Of a stretch of DNA of 64,000 bases, positions 45,313 through 55,140 are shown piece by piece. Positions within the stretch are counted from its first letter, which is position 1, and the number at the start of each line of letters is the position of its first letter. The notes under the pieces are model-generated. The model was not told the DNA's origin. It worked only from the letters and a program-made list of their open reading frames with translations, and made no database searches. The position numbers and the translations under genes are program-made. Where the stretch lies: positions 46,612 to 110,611 of the forward strand of contig JBMOMC010000002.1 in NCBI GenBank assembly GCA_049325335.1, in the 5' to 3' direction. The stretch is from Nitrospirota bacterium. GTDB lineage: Bacteria; Nitrospirota; Nitrospiria; 2-01-FULL-66-17.

Positions 45313-47745
45313 TCACTGCGCCGCGATGATCCAGTTGAGGATGGTGGCGTAATCCGCGTCCGTGGCGGCCAACGGCGCGGGATTCACCGGCTGGCCGTTG
45401 CGGACCATCGGCACCACGCCGGTGCCTTTGACGAACAGCAGGCTATTGGCCGGGTTGGTCACGTTCACGCGGGCCGCGGTCGCCCCAAAGTCGCCTTCGG
45501 GGTCTCCGGTCAGCACGAAATTGCTGTCGCCGCCCGCCACGTGACAACTCGCGCACCGTCGTTGCAAGATGGGCTGAATCGTGGTTTCGAACACGGTCTC
45601 GTCCAGATTCGCCCGGCCCGGATTGGTGATGACGTCGTAGTTGCTGAACTGCGCGCCCAGATCGATCCACTCCACGATGGTGCGTTTATCTTGGGCCGAC
45701 AACATCCCGGCGTGGTTATTGGCGTCGGTGGCCGGCAAGGCCACGGACGAACGGAGTTCCTCGCCGAAGATGCGCTCGACCAGATGGCTTTGGCGTGATT
45801 CCCCGGGCTGCACGAGGTCGGATCCGTCCGACTCCATTTCGCCGCCGAGCAGGGTGGTGTACGAGATCGGGAACCCGAGGCCCGACACATCGCCGCTCAA
45901 ATCAAGATTCCCGCTCGGGGTGGTTGACGAGTGGCACGACACGCATTCCGCGTCGAAGATCGTCTGCACGTGGTCCGTATAGTCAATGACCGCGATGGTG
46001 GGCGGCGTGTACACGGACGGCGCGCGGTTGAGCGCGATCGAATCCGCGGCTGCGCGTTGCGGCTGACCGCGACGCGGCGAATGGCAGCCGTTGCAGGTCC
46101 GGCTTTCGCCGGGCCGCACCTGCAGCCAGTTTTCCTTCACCTTAAACGACCGTCCCTCATTATCGACCACGTGCAAGGTCAGGGACGTGTCGGCCGGGAC
46201 CGTGACCCGGAACGAGCCGTCCGCTTCGACCGGGGCATATCCCAGGATTTTTTGGCGCTCGAAGTCGGTGAGCCCCATGTCTTCGACCCCCACCCCGGGC
46301 TGGCTCGGCACCGCCTGGACCACTCGAACCTGTCTGACCACTTGCAGCGACGCGTCGCCGACCAGCGCCGCGAAGTCGATGTTGCCGCTGCCGTCGCGCG
46401 GAATGGTCACCCCCAAGACGCTGTTCGACAACGCGCGGTTGGCTTCGGAGTCGTACACGCTTGTTGCCGCGAGCACGCCGGTTGTCCCGGTCCGGTTCGC
46501 AGGTGTACTGGGCTTGGTCGAGGGGATATCGCTGGCGGCCACGGCCATCAACGGCACCGGCTCCACGTAGACCTGCTGGGTTCCGGCGTTCGGCACTTTG
46601 ATGGGTTTGAGCGTTCCGTCCGCGTTGTTGAGCATCCAGATGCCATACCGAGCCTCTTCCCCCTCGGTCACCACCCCGGTATCCTCGTCTTCCATATCTT
46701 CGACCACCTCACCGGTCGAGTAGGAGACCAGGTAGCGGTTGGTCCCGTCCGGCACCGGGTACACGTTGTGATACCGGCCGACCTCGGAGGCTTCCCGGCC
46801 GGTGGGAATCACTTGGCTTCCGGTCAACTGGAGCGACGAGGTGTTGGGGTTGTCGGCTTCCGCCGCCACGTCGACCACGCCGATGGCGCCGCCTTCAAAC
46901 GTGCCGGTCAATGGCATCATGGTGCCGACCATTTGCCCATCCGGGAGCTCCCGGATGTCCAAGAACGAGTTCACCCCGGAATGGGATCCGTATTTGACGA
47001 ACATGTCGGTTCCGTCCGGTCCCATCACGAACATGGGGAACTTGTTTTCTCTGCCCAAGTGTTCCCAACGACTGAACGCAATGTTCCCGTCGCGCAGGAC
47101 AATCGGGTTGCGGTCGTGGCTTTGATTAAACGAAATCTGGACCACCTCGCCGCCGTCGCACGACGGTTGGGACGACGACACCGGTTGCGTGCGATCCAGC
47201 ATGTGCAGCACGGTGGATCGCCGGCGTTCGTATTCGTCGAGGTGCCCGGGTCGATCCGAGGAGAACACGATTCGGCCGTCGGGCAGGTACTGCGGATCCA
47301 CTTCGTTTGACGAACCGCACGTGAGCTGGACCGGATCGCTCACCCGCGTCCCGTCCGCGTTCACGTCCACTTCGTACAGATGCCACCGGTCCGCGCTGCT
47401 GGTGCGCATCGCGAACACCACCCGAAACTGCTCGTCGGTGGTCTGGGCGAACACCTCCGGATCGCTCACATCGCCGACCCCGTTCGTGACATCACCCGTG
47501 AGGTTTCGTAGGGTGCCGGATGGGGTGGCGGGCACCAGAGTCATCAGATCGCCGCCTGGTTCGAAGCGAATGGGATCCAATGGGTCACCAATCGCGTCGA
47601 GGCTCCGCGCCGCAAAGACGATCCCAGGGATGTCTTCCTGCGCGACCGGGCTCTCTCCGGTTCCGCAGGACCACGCGGCAACCCCGCCGACCAGGGACAA
47701 CGCGCCCCAACGGATCCACTTCATCGTTTGTGCGTGCAGTCGCAT
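45313..47745 (-). CDS. secreted beta-propeller (TolB/PD40-like) protein with three CxxCH haem-binding motifs
   Basis: Signal peptide; PD40-like repeats (LPDGRIVFSSDR); CNGCH, CVSCH, CASCH; ATG 47745 with GAGGA upstream. Confidence 0.65.
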   Translation of the reverse strand: MRLHAQTMKWIRWGALSLVGGVAAWSCGTGESPVAQEDIPGIVFAARSLDAIGDPLDPIRFEPGGDLMTLVPATPSGTLRNLTGDVTNGVGDVSDPEVFAQTTDEQFRVVFAMRTSSADRWHLYEVDVNADGTRVSDPVQLTCGSSNEVDPQYLPDGRIVFSSDRPGHLDEYERRRSTVLHMLDRTQPVSSSQPSCDGGEVVQISFNQSHDRNPIVLRDGNIAFSRWEHLGRENKFPMFVMGPDGTDMFVKYGSHSGVNSFLDIRELPDGQMVGTMMPLTGTFEGGAIGVVDVAAEADNPNTSSLQLTGSQVIPTGREASEVGRYHNVYPVPDGTNRYLVSYSTGEVVEDMEDEDTGVVTEGEEARYGIWMLNNADGTLKPIKVPNAGTQQVYVEPVPLMAVAASDIPSTKPSTPANRTGTTGVLAATSVYDSEANRALSNSVLGVTIPRDGSGNIDFAALVGDASLQVVRQVRVVQAVPSQPGVGVEDMGLTDFERQKILGYAPVEADGSFRVTVPADTSLTLHVVDNEGRSFKVKENWLQVRPGESRTCNGCHSPRRGQPQRAAADSIALNRAPSVYTPPTIAVIDYTDHVQTIFDAECVSCHSSTTPSGNLDLSGDVSGLGFPISYTTLLGGEMESDGSDLVQPGESRQSHLVERIFGEELRSSVALPATDANNHAGMLSAQDKRTIVEWIDLGAQFSNYDVITNPGRANLDETVFETTIQPILQRRCASCHVAGGDSNFVLTGDPEGDFGATAARVNVTNPANSLLFVKGTGVVPMVRNGQPVNPAPLAATDADYATILNWIIAAQ

Positions 47746-47942
47746 AGCGTCCTCGTTTCTCGGGGTGAAGAGTGGGTACATGGCTCGTCGCATAGGTGCA
47801 AATCGCATGCGAGGCTCGGTGTGGAGCTCGATCGCGGCCGCGGGGGCGAAACGCTCGATTGCCGGCTTGTCGTTGTTCGAACATGGACATCGGATTCAAA
47901 AATGGTGATGACCCTTCCATGGGTAATTACCATCCGGTGATG

Positions 47943-49310
47943 TCAGGCGATACGCGCCGGGGCGAGCGAGCCGTCGGCGGGGGGCGTATGCTCCTGGAGC
48001 AACACGCGGCGGTGCCAGTGTCCGGCGCGGACGCGGTGCAGCAGCAGCGCCATGCGCACGAGCCAATCCGCGGCCATCAAGCTCCACACGGTCGTCACGT
48101 CCGCGTGCCAGACCGCCGCGCACAACCACGCCGCCGGAACCCGCACGCCCCAACTCCCGATGACCGTGCTCAGGAAGAGAAACCCCGTGTCGCCGGCTCC
48201 GCGCAGCGAACCCGACAGCGTCAACGCGAGGGCCATAGGGATCTGGAGGATCGCGGCGATCAGGAGAAACGACGCGCCGAGCGCGATGACTTCCGGATCG
48301 TGGGTGAACAGTCGGAGCAAGGGCCCCGGCGCGAGCACGAACAGCAACGCACATCCGGCCATCATCATGACGGCCAGGCGTGCGGCTTCACGAGTGGCGA
48401 TGACCGCCTGCGTGATCTGCCGAGCGCCCAACCGTTGCCCCACCACGGTGGTCGCGGCGATGCCGATTCCCAGACCGGGGAGAAAGGAGATCGCTTCGAT
48501 CGCCATGCCGATTTGGTGCGCCGCGTACGCCACGGTGCCGTACACGATCACGGCTTTGACGAAGAGCAGTTGCGCGAGTTGTTGCAGGATTCGATCTGCG
48601 AAGACCGGCAGTCCGACCCGCAGCACGGGCGCCATGACGGTTTGCGGGGCGCGCCCCGCGAGGAGGTACCGTTTCTTGAGGCCGACGTAGAGGAGGTACG
48701 CGGCGCCCGAGGACTCCGAGACCGCGCCGGCGACCGCCGCGCCGGTGACCCCGAGCGCGGGGAGCCCCCAGAGGCCGTGGATCAAGGGATAGGCCGCGGC
48801 CACGTGGATGACGTTCATGCCGATCGCGGCGCACAGGGGCGAACGCGTGTTGCCCGCGCCGTGCATCACGGCGGAGATCAGGTTCACGAGCAGGGAGCAG
48901 GTAAAGAACAAAAACACGATGCGAAGATAGGGCGCGACCACGTCCACCACGTCATCGGGCGCGCCCAGAAAGATCGCGCCGTAGCGGCTGCACAATATGC
49001 CGGCCGCGCTGATGCCGATTCCCATGACCGCGCCGACCATGACGGACCGCATTCCCACGCGGCCGGCGTCGTCGCGTCGCTGCGCGCCCCAGAGTTGAGC
49101 GACCAAGACGCTGGCGCCGGCCGCCAGCCCCCACGCCGCGGTCATCCCCGTCAGCATGAGGAGTTGTCCGATGCCGACCGTGGCGATGGCGACTGTTCCC
49201 AGGCCGCCGACCAACGCCAGATCAACGATCATGGTGGCGCGTTGGAGCAGGCTGCTGAGCACCACCGGCCCCGCCAAGGAGCAGATTTCTCGGCGAATCG
49301 CGTCCATCAT
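47943..49310 (-). CDS. MATE-family efflux transporter
   Basis: 12-TM MATE pattern; ATG 49310 (MMDAIRR) preferred over ORF-track start 49436. Confidence 0.85.
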   Translation of the reverse strand: MMDAIRREICSLAGPVVLSSLLQRATMIVDLALVGGLGTVAIATVGIGQLLMLTGMTAAWGLAAGASVLVAQLWGAQRRDDAGRVGMRSVMVGAVMGIGISAAGILCSRYGAIFLGAPDDVVDVVAPYLRIVFLFFTCSLLVNLISAVMHGAGNTRSPLCAAIGMNVIHVAAAYPLIHGLWGLPALGVTGAAVAGAVSESSGAAYLLYVGLKKRYLLAGRAPQTVMAPVLRVGLPVFADRILQQLAQLLFVKAVIVYGTVAYAAHQIGMAIEAISFLPGLGIGIAATTVVGQRLGARQITQAVIATREAARLAVMMMAGCALLFVLAPGPLLRLFTHDPEVIALGASFLLIAAILQIPMALALTLSGSLRGAGDTGFLFLSTVIGSWGVRVPAAWLCAAVWHADVTTVWSLMAADWLVRMALLLHRVRAGHWHRRVLLQEHTPPADGSLAPARIA

Positions 49311-49654
49311 GAATGTGTGAGAGGCGGTAGCAAGATAACACAGCCCTGTGGCGTGTCTATCCAATGACGGGGTGAGCGGCGGACGTGCGCCTGAAGCGTG
49401 GCGGTGTCGAATGTGCCGCGGTGTCGCGATCAACACCCGTCGCGGCTTAATGCCAGAACAATGCCACCGTGTGTCGTTGATCTCGGCGTGGAAAACGCGG
49501 TGGGTTCATCAGAATATGCCGAAAATCCGTCGCGAGTGCCGGGTTTTGGCGTCACTGTTTCGCCGGGCGCTCTCCCCGTGAAATGGGAGGGGATCTGTTC
49601 GCGTCGGGTGATTCAAGAAGGAGGCGGTGAGTCGTCGCGACGTGTCATGATAAG

Positions 49655-49684
49655 GGCCCGTCGGTGGAGTGTCCGACGGGCCCT
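49655..49684 (-). terminator. hairpin downstream of yceI-like gene
   Basis: GGGCCCGTCGG / 8-nt loop / CCGACGGGCCC. Confidence 0.45.
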
Positions 49685-49717
49685 TGGGCCACGGGTTGGA
49701 ACCGAGAGGGGAGTGGA

Positions 49718-50335
49718 TTACTTCGACGGTTTTTCCTGAATAGCCTCGATCTCCAATTTGATCTTCACCGTATCACCCACCACGAGGCCGCCCTTATCCA
49801 AGGTCTTGGTCCACTGCATGCCGAAATCTTTGCGGTTGATGACGCCTTCGCCGCTAAATCCCACACGGGTATTCCCGTACGGGTCGGCCACCGCCCCGTT
49901 GAACGTCCCGGTGAGCGTCATCTCTTTTGTGACGCCGAGCAGGGTGAGGTCACCGATCGCGGTGTACTGATCGCCCGCCTTGGTGTACCTCTTCATTTTG
50001 TACGTCATGGTCGGGTGTTTGGCGACGTGAAAGAAGTCGGGACTCTTCAAATGGTCGTCTCGTTTTTTGTGGTTGGTGGTCACGGAAGCGGTCTGGATCA
50101 CCGCGTCGATGGATTTAACCTCTTTCGTGTCGGGGTCCATGACCACCGATCCCGACAACTCCGTAAATCGCCCGGTGGTCCGGGAGACCACCATATGGGC
50201 CACGTCGAACCCGACGATCGAGTGGTCGAGGTCCACGTTGAACCGCGCAACCTCGGCATACACGGCGTTCGGAAGCCACGCAACGGCCGCCGCGACCGCA
50301 AACAGACGCGCCCATCCTGGGAAAACGTGACTCAT
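49718..50335 (-). CDS. YceI-family periplasmic protein
   Basis: Signal peptide; YceI-like pattern; AGGAGGA RBS before ATG 50335. Confidence 0.75.
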   Translation of the reverse strand: MSHVFPGWARLFAVAAAVAWLPNAVYAEVARFNVDLDHSIVGFDVAHMVVSRTTGRFTELSGSVVMDPDTKEVKSIDAVIQTASVTTNHKKRDDHLKSPDFFHVAKHPTMTYKMKRYTKAGDQYTAIGDLTLLGVTKEMTLTGTFNGAVADPYGNTRVGFSGEGVINRKDFGMQWTKTLDKGGLVVGDTVKIKLEIEAIQEKPSK

Positions 50336-50478
50336 CGTGTCCTCCTGTGCCTGTTGTCCTTGGTGTGTGGCGTCGAAGCCGAGGGATGCTAGCCATGAGG
50401 ACATGAGCTTGTCAAGCGGGCCCGCGCGACGCGTCGGGGAGTTGACAGGCGAGCGGAAGCTGGTATGTCCATACCATC

Positions 50479-51321
50479 ATGACGATGATTCACGGCGCGG
50501 ATGGAGCCGCTAGGCGGCGCCCCAACAAATGGTTCGTGGCCGTGTGGCGCGCGATCTGCAAGTGGAGCGTGCGTCCCGTTGCGGACCGAGGCGATGTGCG
50601 TGAGACGCGGGCCCCCCGCGCCGCGGCCGGTTATACCGTGGATCTCGCCGAAGCGTTGCAGGTTCTTCGGCACGCCGGGTATCCGGAACCGCCCAACCAC
50701 GTCCGATCCGAGAATGCCCGAATCGAATACGTGTTGCACGCCTTGTGCGAATTGACGATCCATGACGGCTTGACCGGTCTGGTCAACGCCCGGCAGTTCA
50801 TGACCGTGTTGGAACAGGAGGTGGAACGATCGTTCCGGACCGGACAGCCGTGTTCATTGCTGCTGATCGACTTGGATCATTTTAAGGCGATCAACGATCA
50901 CCGCGGGCACGTGGCCGGCGATCAAGCGCTTCGGATGGTGGGGCGTGTGATGAAGTCCGGAACACGCACCATGGACACTGCGGCACGCTACGGCGGCGAG
51001 GAGTTCGCGGTGCTGCTCCCGAACACGTCGCGGGACAGCGCCGCGAAAATCGCCGAGCGACTCAGATGTCACATCGCGCAGGAGGCGGTGCCGGTCGAGG
51101 GCGGCGCGTTCCACGTGACGTGCAGCATCGGCATGGCCTGTCTGAGTGGTCAAGCCCGTCGCACCGGAACGGAATTCATCGCGATGGCCGACGAACAGCT
51201 CTACCGCGCGAAACACCAGGGCCGGAACCAAGTGTGCTGCGACGAGGAACCCGCGCTCGCGCTGACTCCGAACGAGCGGCTGGCCTTGTCGAATCGAACC
51301 CGCGGCACGGAGGGGATGTGA
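50479..51321 (+). CDS. GGDEF-domain diguanylate cyclase
   Basis: Canonical RYGGEEF active site. Confidence 0.85.
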   Translation: MTMIHGADGAARRRPNKWFVAVWRAICKWSVRPVADRGDVRETRAPRAAAGYTVDLAEALQVLRHAGYPEPPNHVRSENARIEYVLHALCELTIHDGLTGLVNARQFMTVLEQEVERSFRTGQPCSLLLIDLDHFKAINDHRGHVAGDQALRMVGRVMKSGTRTMDTAARYGGEEFAVLLPNTSRDSAAKIAERLRCHIAQEAVPVEGGAFHVTCSIGMACLSGQARRTGTEFIAMADEQLYRAKHQGRNQVCCDEEPALALTPNERLALSNRTRGTEGM

Positions 51322-52133
51322 TGAGCACAACCATGCAACGGGCCCGCGTCATCGCGGTGACCAGTGGGAAAGGCGGCGTCGGCAAAACGCTCCTCACCGC
51401 CAACCTGAGTTATTGTCTGGCGCAGGCCGGTCACGCGGTGTTGGTGGTGGACGCGGATTTTGGTCTGGCCAATCTGGACATCATGCTTAATCTCAGTCCG
51501 TCGGCCACGCTCCATGACGTCATCGTCGGCGCCAAATCGCTCGACGAGGTGATCATCGACGGACCCGGCGGCATCCGGATCGTGCCGGCCGCGTCCGGGA
51601 TGGCCGAGTACACTCGGATGTCCGCGGACTTTCGGGACGCGTTGGTGGAGACGCTCGCCGCGCTCGCCGCGCGGTACGACTACGTGTTGCTCGATACCGG
51701 CGCCGGGATTTCCGACGCGGTGTTGTACACCACGTCGTTGGCGGATGAGGTGATCATTGTGGCGACGCCGGACCCGACCGCCATGACCGACGCGTATGCC
51801 GCGGTGAAACTCATTGCGGGGCAACAGCGGCGGTCATGGCTGTGGTTGTTGGTCAATCAGGCGTCCGACGCCGCGACCGGTACGCGCATCGCACAGCAAC
51901 TTCAGCGCGTAGTCGATCAGTTTCTGCAACCGCAACTGGGGCGTCCGGTCCGGTTGTCCCCTCTGGCCGTGATTCCCGCGGACCCCCGAGCCGGGCAGTC
52001 CGTCTGCGCGCAGCAACTCTTGACGGCCGTGGCCCGGGACTCGAAGGCCGCGCTCGCCATCGCGGACGCGGCCCAACGCCTTCAGGTTCCTCCGGGGGAA
52101 TCCGCCGTACCGCGTGTCGCCAACCAACGGTGA
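51321..52133 (+). CDS. MinD/ParA/FlhG-family P-loop ATPase
   Basis: Deviant Walker A SGKGGVGKT; ATG overlaps the GGDEF gene stop by one base (TGATG). Confidence 0.75.
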   Translation: MSTTMQRARVIAVTSGKGGVGKTLLTANLSYCLAQAGHAVLVVDADFGLANLDIMLNLSPSATLHDVIVGAKSLDEVIIDGPGGIRIVPAASGMAEYTRMSADFRDALVETLAALAARYDYVLLDTGAGISDAVLYTTSLADEVIIVATPDPTAMTDAYAAVKLIAGQQRRSWLWLLVNQASDAATGTRIAQQLQRVVDQFLQPQLGRPVRLSPLAVIPADPRAGQSVCAQQLLTAVARDSKAALAIADAAQRLQVPPGESAVPRVANQR

Positions 52134-52251
52134 CGGGGTCCGCCGGCGCGCGATTTGACGGCCTGACGGGCGGGCGGTACCTTTCCGGTACGCGGGTATC
52201 CGAGATGGGGATGTGTCGCGCGGAGAACGGCTCCGCGCAGGGAGGAACCAC

Positions 52252-53526
52252 ATGACGGTACGTCACGTCGTCGCCGTTGTTTCGGCCGCCTGGGGCGTGG
52301 TTGCCTTGGGCGCGTTAGCGGGCCTTGCCGCGCTGTTCGTTCGATCGGGATCGGTCAGCGCTCCGGCATCGGTCGCCAGTCTTGCCGCGGTGGCCGGCGC
52401 GCTCGCCGCGTTGACCGTGATCGCCATTGGTCTGGCGGCCAGACGCCTGTTCGATCCGATGGCGCGGGCGCTCGCGGATCGGTGGTTGGACGCGCAACGC
52501 TCCGCGCGCGAATTGGAGCGTTCCCACAAAGAATTCGCGATCGTGGCCCGTTACGCGGATTCCTGTACGAAGTTCCAAGACTCCGCGGAACTTTACCGGA
52601 ATCTGACCCATCACATGGCGCAAACGGTCGGCGCCGGCGTGTGTTTCATCATGCGATATGAAAAGGCGTCCAACCGCATGGTGGGTCAAGCCCCGGGATA
52701 CGGGATCGCGGAGGAGGCCATCAAGTCGATCCAGTATGCGGTGACCCCTGCAGTCAAGGCCGTCTGGAACTTCTCGACCCAGGGGAGCCTGCTCAGTAAC
52801 GATCCGCAAGGAGACCGGCGTATCTTGCCCGAGATCACCACCGCATTGGGGCTCTACAACTGCCTGGTGGTCCCGTTCTTTTTCCAGGGGCGCGTGGCCG
52901 GCCTTGTGGTGGCTGCGAATAAACCGCGCTGGTTTACCTACGATGAGGTGCGGATGCTGAGCGCGTTTTCGAGCTACACGTCGCTGGCAGTGGCCAACCA
53001 ACAACTGCAGCAGGAAATGCGGCGGACCATTCGTGACGGCCTCACCGGGTTGTATGCCGCGCATTACTTCCGCGGGTTGTTGGATCAGGCCATCGCGGCC
53101 CAGGAGGCCGGGGGCCGCCACGTCTCGGTGTTGGCGGTGGCCATCGATAATTTTCAGGCGTGCCTGGAGTTGTACGGTCGCTCCGGCGCGGATCGGATCG
53201 TCAAGGAAGTGGCGTCGCGCCTGCTCGGTTACGTGGGCGCCGACGGGTACGTGGCGCGGTACGGAGCCCAGGAGTTCGTGATGGCGTGGCTGGGCCGAGA
53301 CGGGAACGACCCGACGACCGCGGCGGAACGGATCCGCGGGCTGGTTGAGGAACACCCGGTTGCCGTCGACACCGGGATTCCGTTTGCCGTCACCGTGAGC
53401 ATCGGGGTGGCGTCCGCCACCGTTCCGGTCGCTTCCGAACGACTGCTCCACGCGGCCCAGAGCGCGTTGCGTCGAGCCAACCAGAGCGGGAAGAACCACA
53501 TCGTGACGGCCGGCGTCGACGCATAA
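52252..53526 (+). CDS. membrane-anchored GAF + degenerate GGDEF domain protein
   Basis: Two N-terminal TM helices, GAF-like region, GGDEF fold with YGAQEF in place of GG(D/E)EF; GGAGG RBS before ATG 52252. Confidence 0.7.
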   Translation: MTVRHVVAVVSAAWGVVALGALAGLAALFVRSGSVSAPASVASLAAVAGALAALTVIAIGLAARRLFDPMARALADRWLDAQRSARELERSHKEFAIVARYADSCTKFQDSAELYRNLTHHMAQTVGAGVCFIMRYEKASNRMVGQAPGYGIAEEAIKSIQYAVTPAVKAVWNFSTQGSLLSNDPQGDRRILPEITTALGLYNCLVVPFFFQGRVAGLVVAANKPRWFTYDEVRMLSAFSSYTSLAVANQQLQQEMRRTIRDGLTGLYAAHYFRGLLDQAIAAQEAGGRHVSVLAVAIDNFQACLELYGRSGADRIVKEVASRLLGYVGADGYVARYGAQEFVMAWLGRDGNDPTTAAERIRGLVEEHPVAVDTGIPFAVTVSIGVASATVPVASERLLHAAQSALRRANQSGKNHIVTAGVDA

Positions 53527-53623
53527 GCGTTCCCTTTTCCAGCTTCACGAGCCAGCCCACGAACGTCTCGCCGGATACACCCGCCGTCTCCGTAGTACAA
53601 TAGGCCGCACAGGAGGGCGGGTG

Positions 53624-54010
53624 ATGAACGGATCGATGTGGATCGGCCTGTTGGCCGCGGCGATGATTGTGGTGGGTGGTGCGCCTGAGGTGGGCGCGGC
53701 GGATCTGACGACCATTCACGGTCCGCAACTTGAGGCATTGATGGCCGACGGCCGGCCGCTAACGGTCGTGGACGTTCGGGAGCCCGAGTTGTTCGCCGCC
53801 GGGCACATTCCGGGCGCCGTGAATATCCCGTACGACGACGCCAGGCCGCGCATCGTTCGGGACCTGTCGCCAGACGAACGGATCGTGTTCGTCTGCCACG
53901 GCGGCCCAATGGGTGATGAACTGGGTGCCCTGCTTGCGGCTCGCGGGTATGGCTCCGTCTACAACCTCGCGGGCGGCATGAAAAAGTGGCGAGGCGCCGT
54001 GGTGAAGTAG
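53624..54010 (+). CDS. rhodanese-domain sulfurtransferase, secreted
   Basis: Signal peptide; rhodanese fold with active-site Cys in FVCHGG. Confidence 0.8.
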   Translation: MNGSMWIGLLAAAMIVVGGAPEVGAADLTTIHGPQLEALMADGRPLTVVDVREPELFAAGHIPGAVNIPYDDARPRIVRDLSPDERIVFVCHGGPMGDELGALLAARGYGSVYNLAGGMKKWRGAVVK

Positions 54011-54043
54011 CGGAGCCCCGTTCGAGGCGGGCCGCGTCGGGTG

Positions 54044-54961
54044 TTAGAACGTGACGTAGACGTCCACGAGGCCTCCGGCGCCGCTCTCCTTGCCGGTTCG
54101 TTCAAAGTTCGTGACCACCACCCCCGCGGTCACGCCCCACGAATCAGCCAGGAAGCGGATGCCGGGCACGAACGACAGCGCGTCATCCGGCTCGTGCGCC
54201 GCGCTCCGGCGGGCGGATGTACCGCTTGCCTCCGCGATGAGTTGCAGTTCTCCGGCATCTTCCAACAATCCGGCCCGACCCAGGGGAACCACGACCGCCA
54301 CCCCATACACCAGGGCGGAGTCGGATTCCGGACGGCCGGGGTCGCGCCAGAATCCTCCCAACTCGGTTACCACCGACCACCGGTGTTCGCCGGAGGCCAG
54401 GTCGAGTTCTCCCGACAGCGTGGCCAGATACCCGTTGGTGCTGACGCTGCCGATCTCCAGTTTGTCCGCGGTTTCGCCCACCCAGGTGGCGGAGGCGGCG
54501 AGCGCGGGACGCCAACCGCGTTGATTCCACACCCGATGTTTCACCGAGAGGGTGGTGTCCCCGACGCCGTCGGTCGACACGTCGTTCGCCTGAACATTGA
54601 CGTACGGGGCGGTGACGGCCGCCTCGATGCGCGCCGGGAGCCCCACTGCCACGGCCCATCGGATCTGGGTAAGGGCATCGGCCGCCGGGTCCTCTCCCAA
54701 AAGGATGTCCACGCGGTTGCCGACGCTTCCGGAGGCGCCGTAGGCCATGAGCCCGACACGGCCCTGCCCCGGGGCCAACACCTCGGGCGAGTTGACGGTG
54801 ATCGCGCCGGTGTATCCCAACACCGTGGGCGCCGGGGCAAACGGCCCGGCCGTGCCGGGCCGCGGCGTTGCTGCGATCGCCAACAACAGGAGGAGCAGAG
54901 TGAATCGGCGCCGACGTATCAACCGTGTGGTCATTAGGGGTCCCGGGTATCCCGTCAACAT
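54044..54961 (-). CDS. outer-membrane beta-barrel protein
   Basis: Signal peptide (RRRRFTLLLLLLAIAA); alternating strands, C-terminal YVTF. Confidence 0.45.
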   Translation of the reverse strand: MLTGYPGPLMTTRLIRRRRFTLLLLLLAIAATPRPGTAGPFAPAPTVLGYTGAITVNSPEVLAPGQGRVGLMAYGASGSVGNRVDILLGEDPAADALTQIRWAVAVGLPARIEAAVTAPYVNVQANDVSTDGVGDTTLSVKHRVWNQRGWRPALAASATWVGETADKLEIGSVSTNGYLATLSGELDLASGEHRWSVVTELGGFWRDPGRPESDSALVYGVAVVVPLGRAGLLEDAGELQLIAEASGTSARRSAAHEPDDALSFVPGIRFLADSWGVTAGVVVTNFERTGKESGAGGLVDVYVTF

Positions 54962-55078
54962 GGCGTGTAACCGCCGGGCGATCGTAGCCAGGGGGCCATC
55001 GACGTGTCAAGGGGTTCGCCGTCGATCGCGGGGCGGCGCCCGTGTATGGACGATGCGGCACGCTGGTCCGCGGTCGAG

Positions 55079-55107
55079 TTGACGGATCGCCACGCTGTGC
55101 GTACTCT
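55079..55107 (+). promoter_or_regulatory. sigma-70-type promoter candidate
   Basis: TTGACG - 17 nt - TACTCT, about 35 nt upstream of ATG 55141. Confidence 0.35.
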
Positions 55108-55140
55108 CTTCTCCCGTCACCTCATGGGAGGAGTGGCGGC

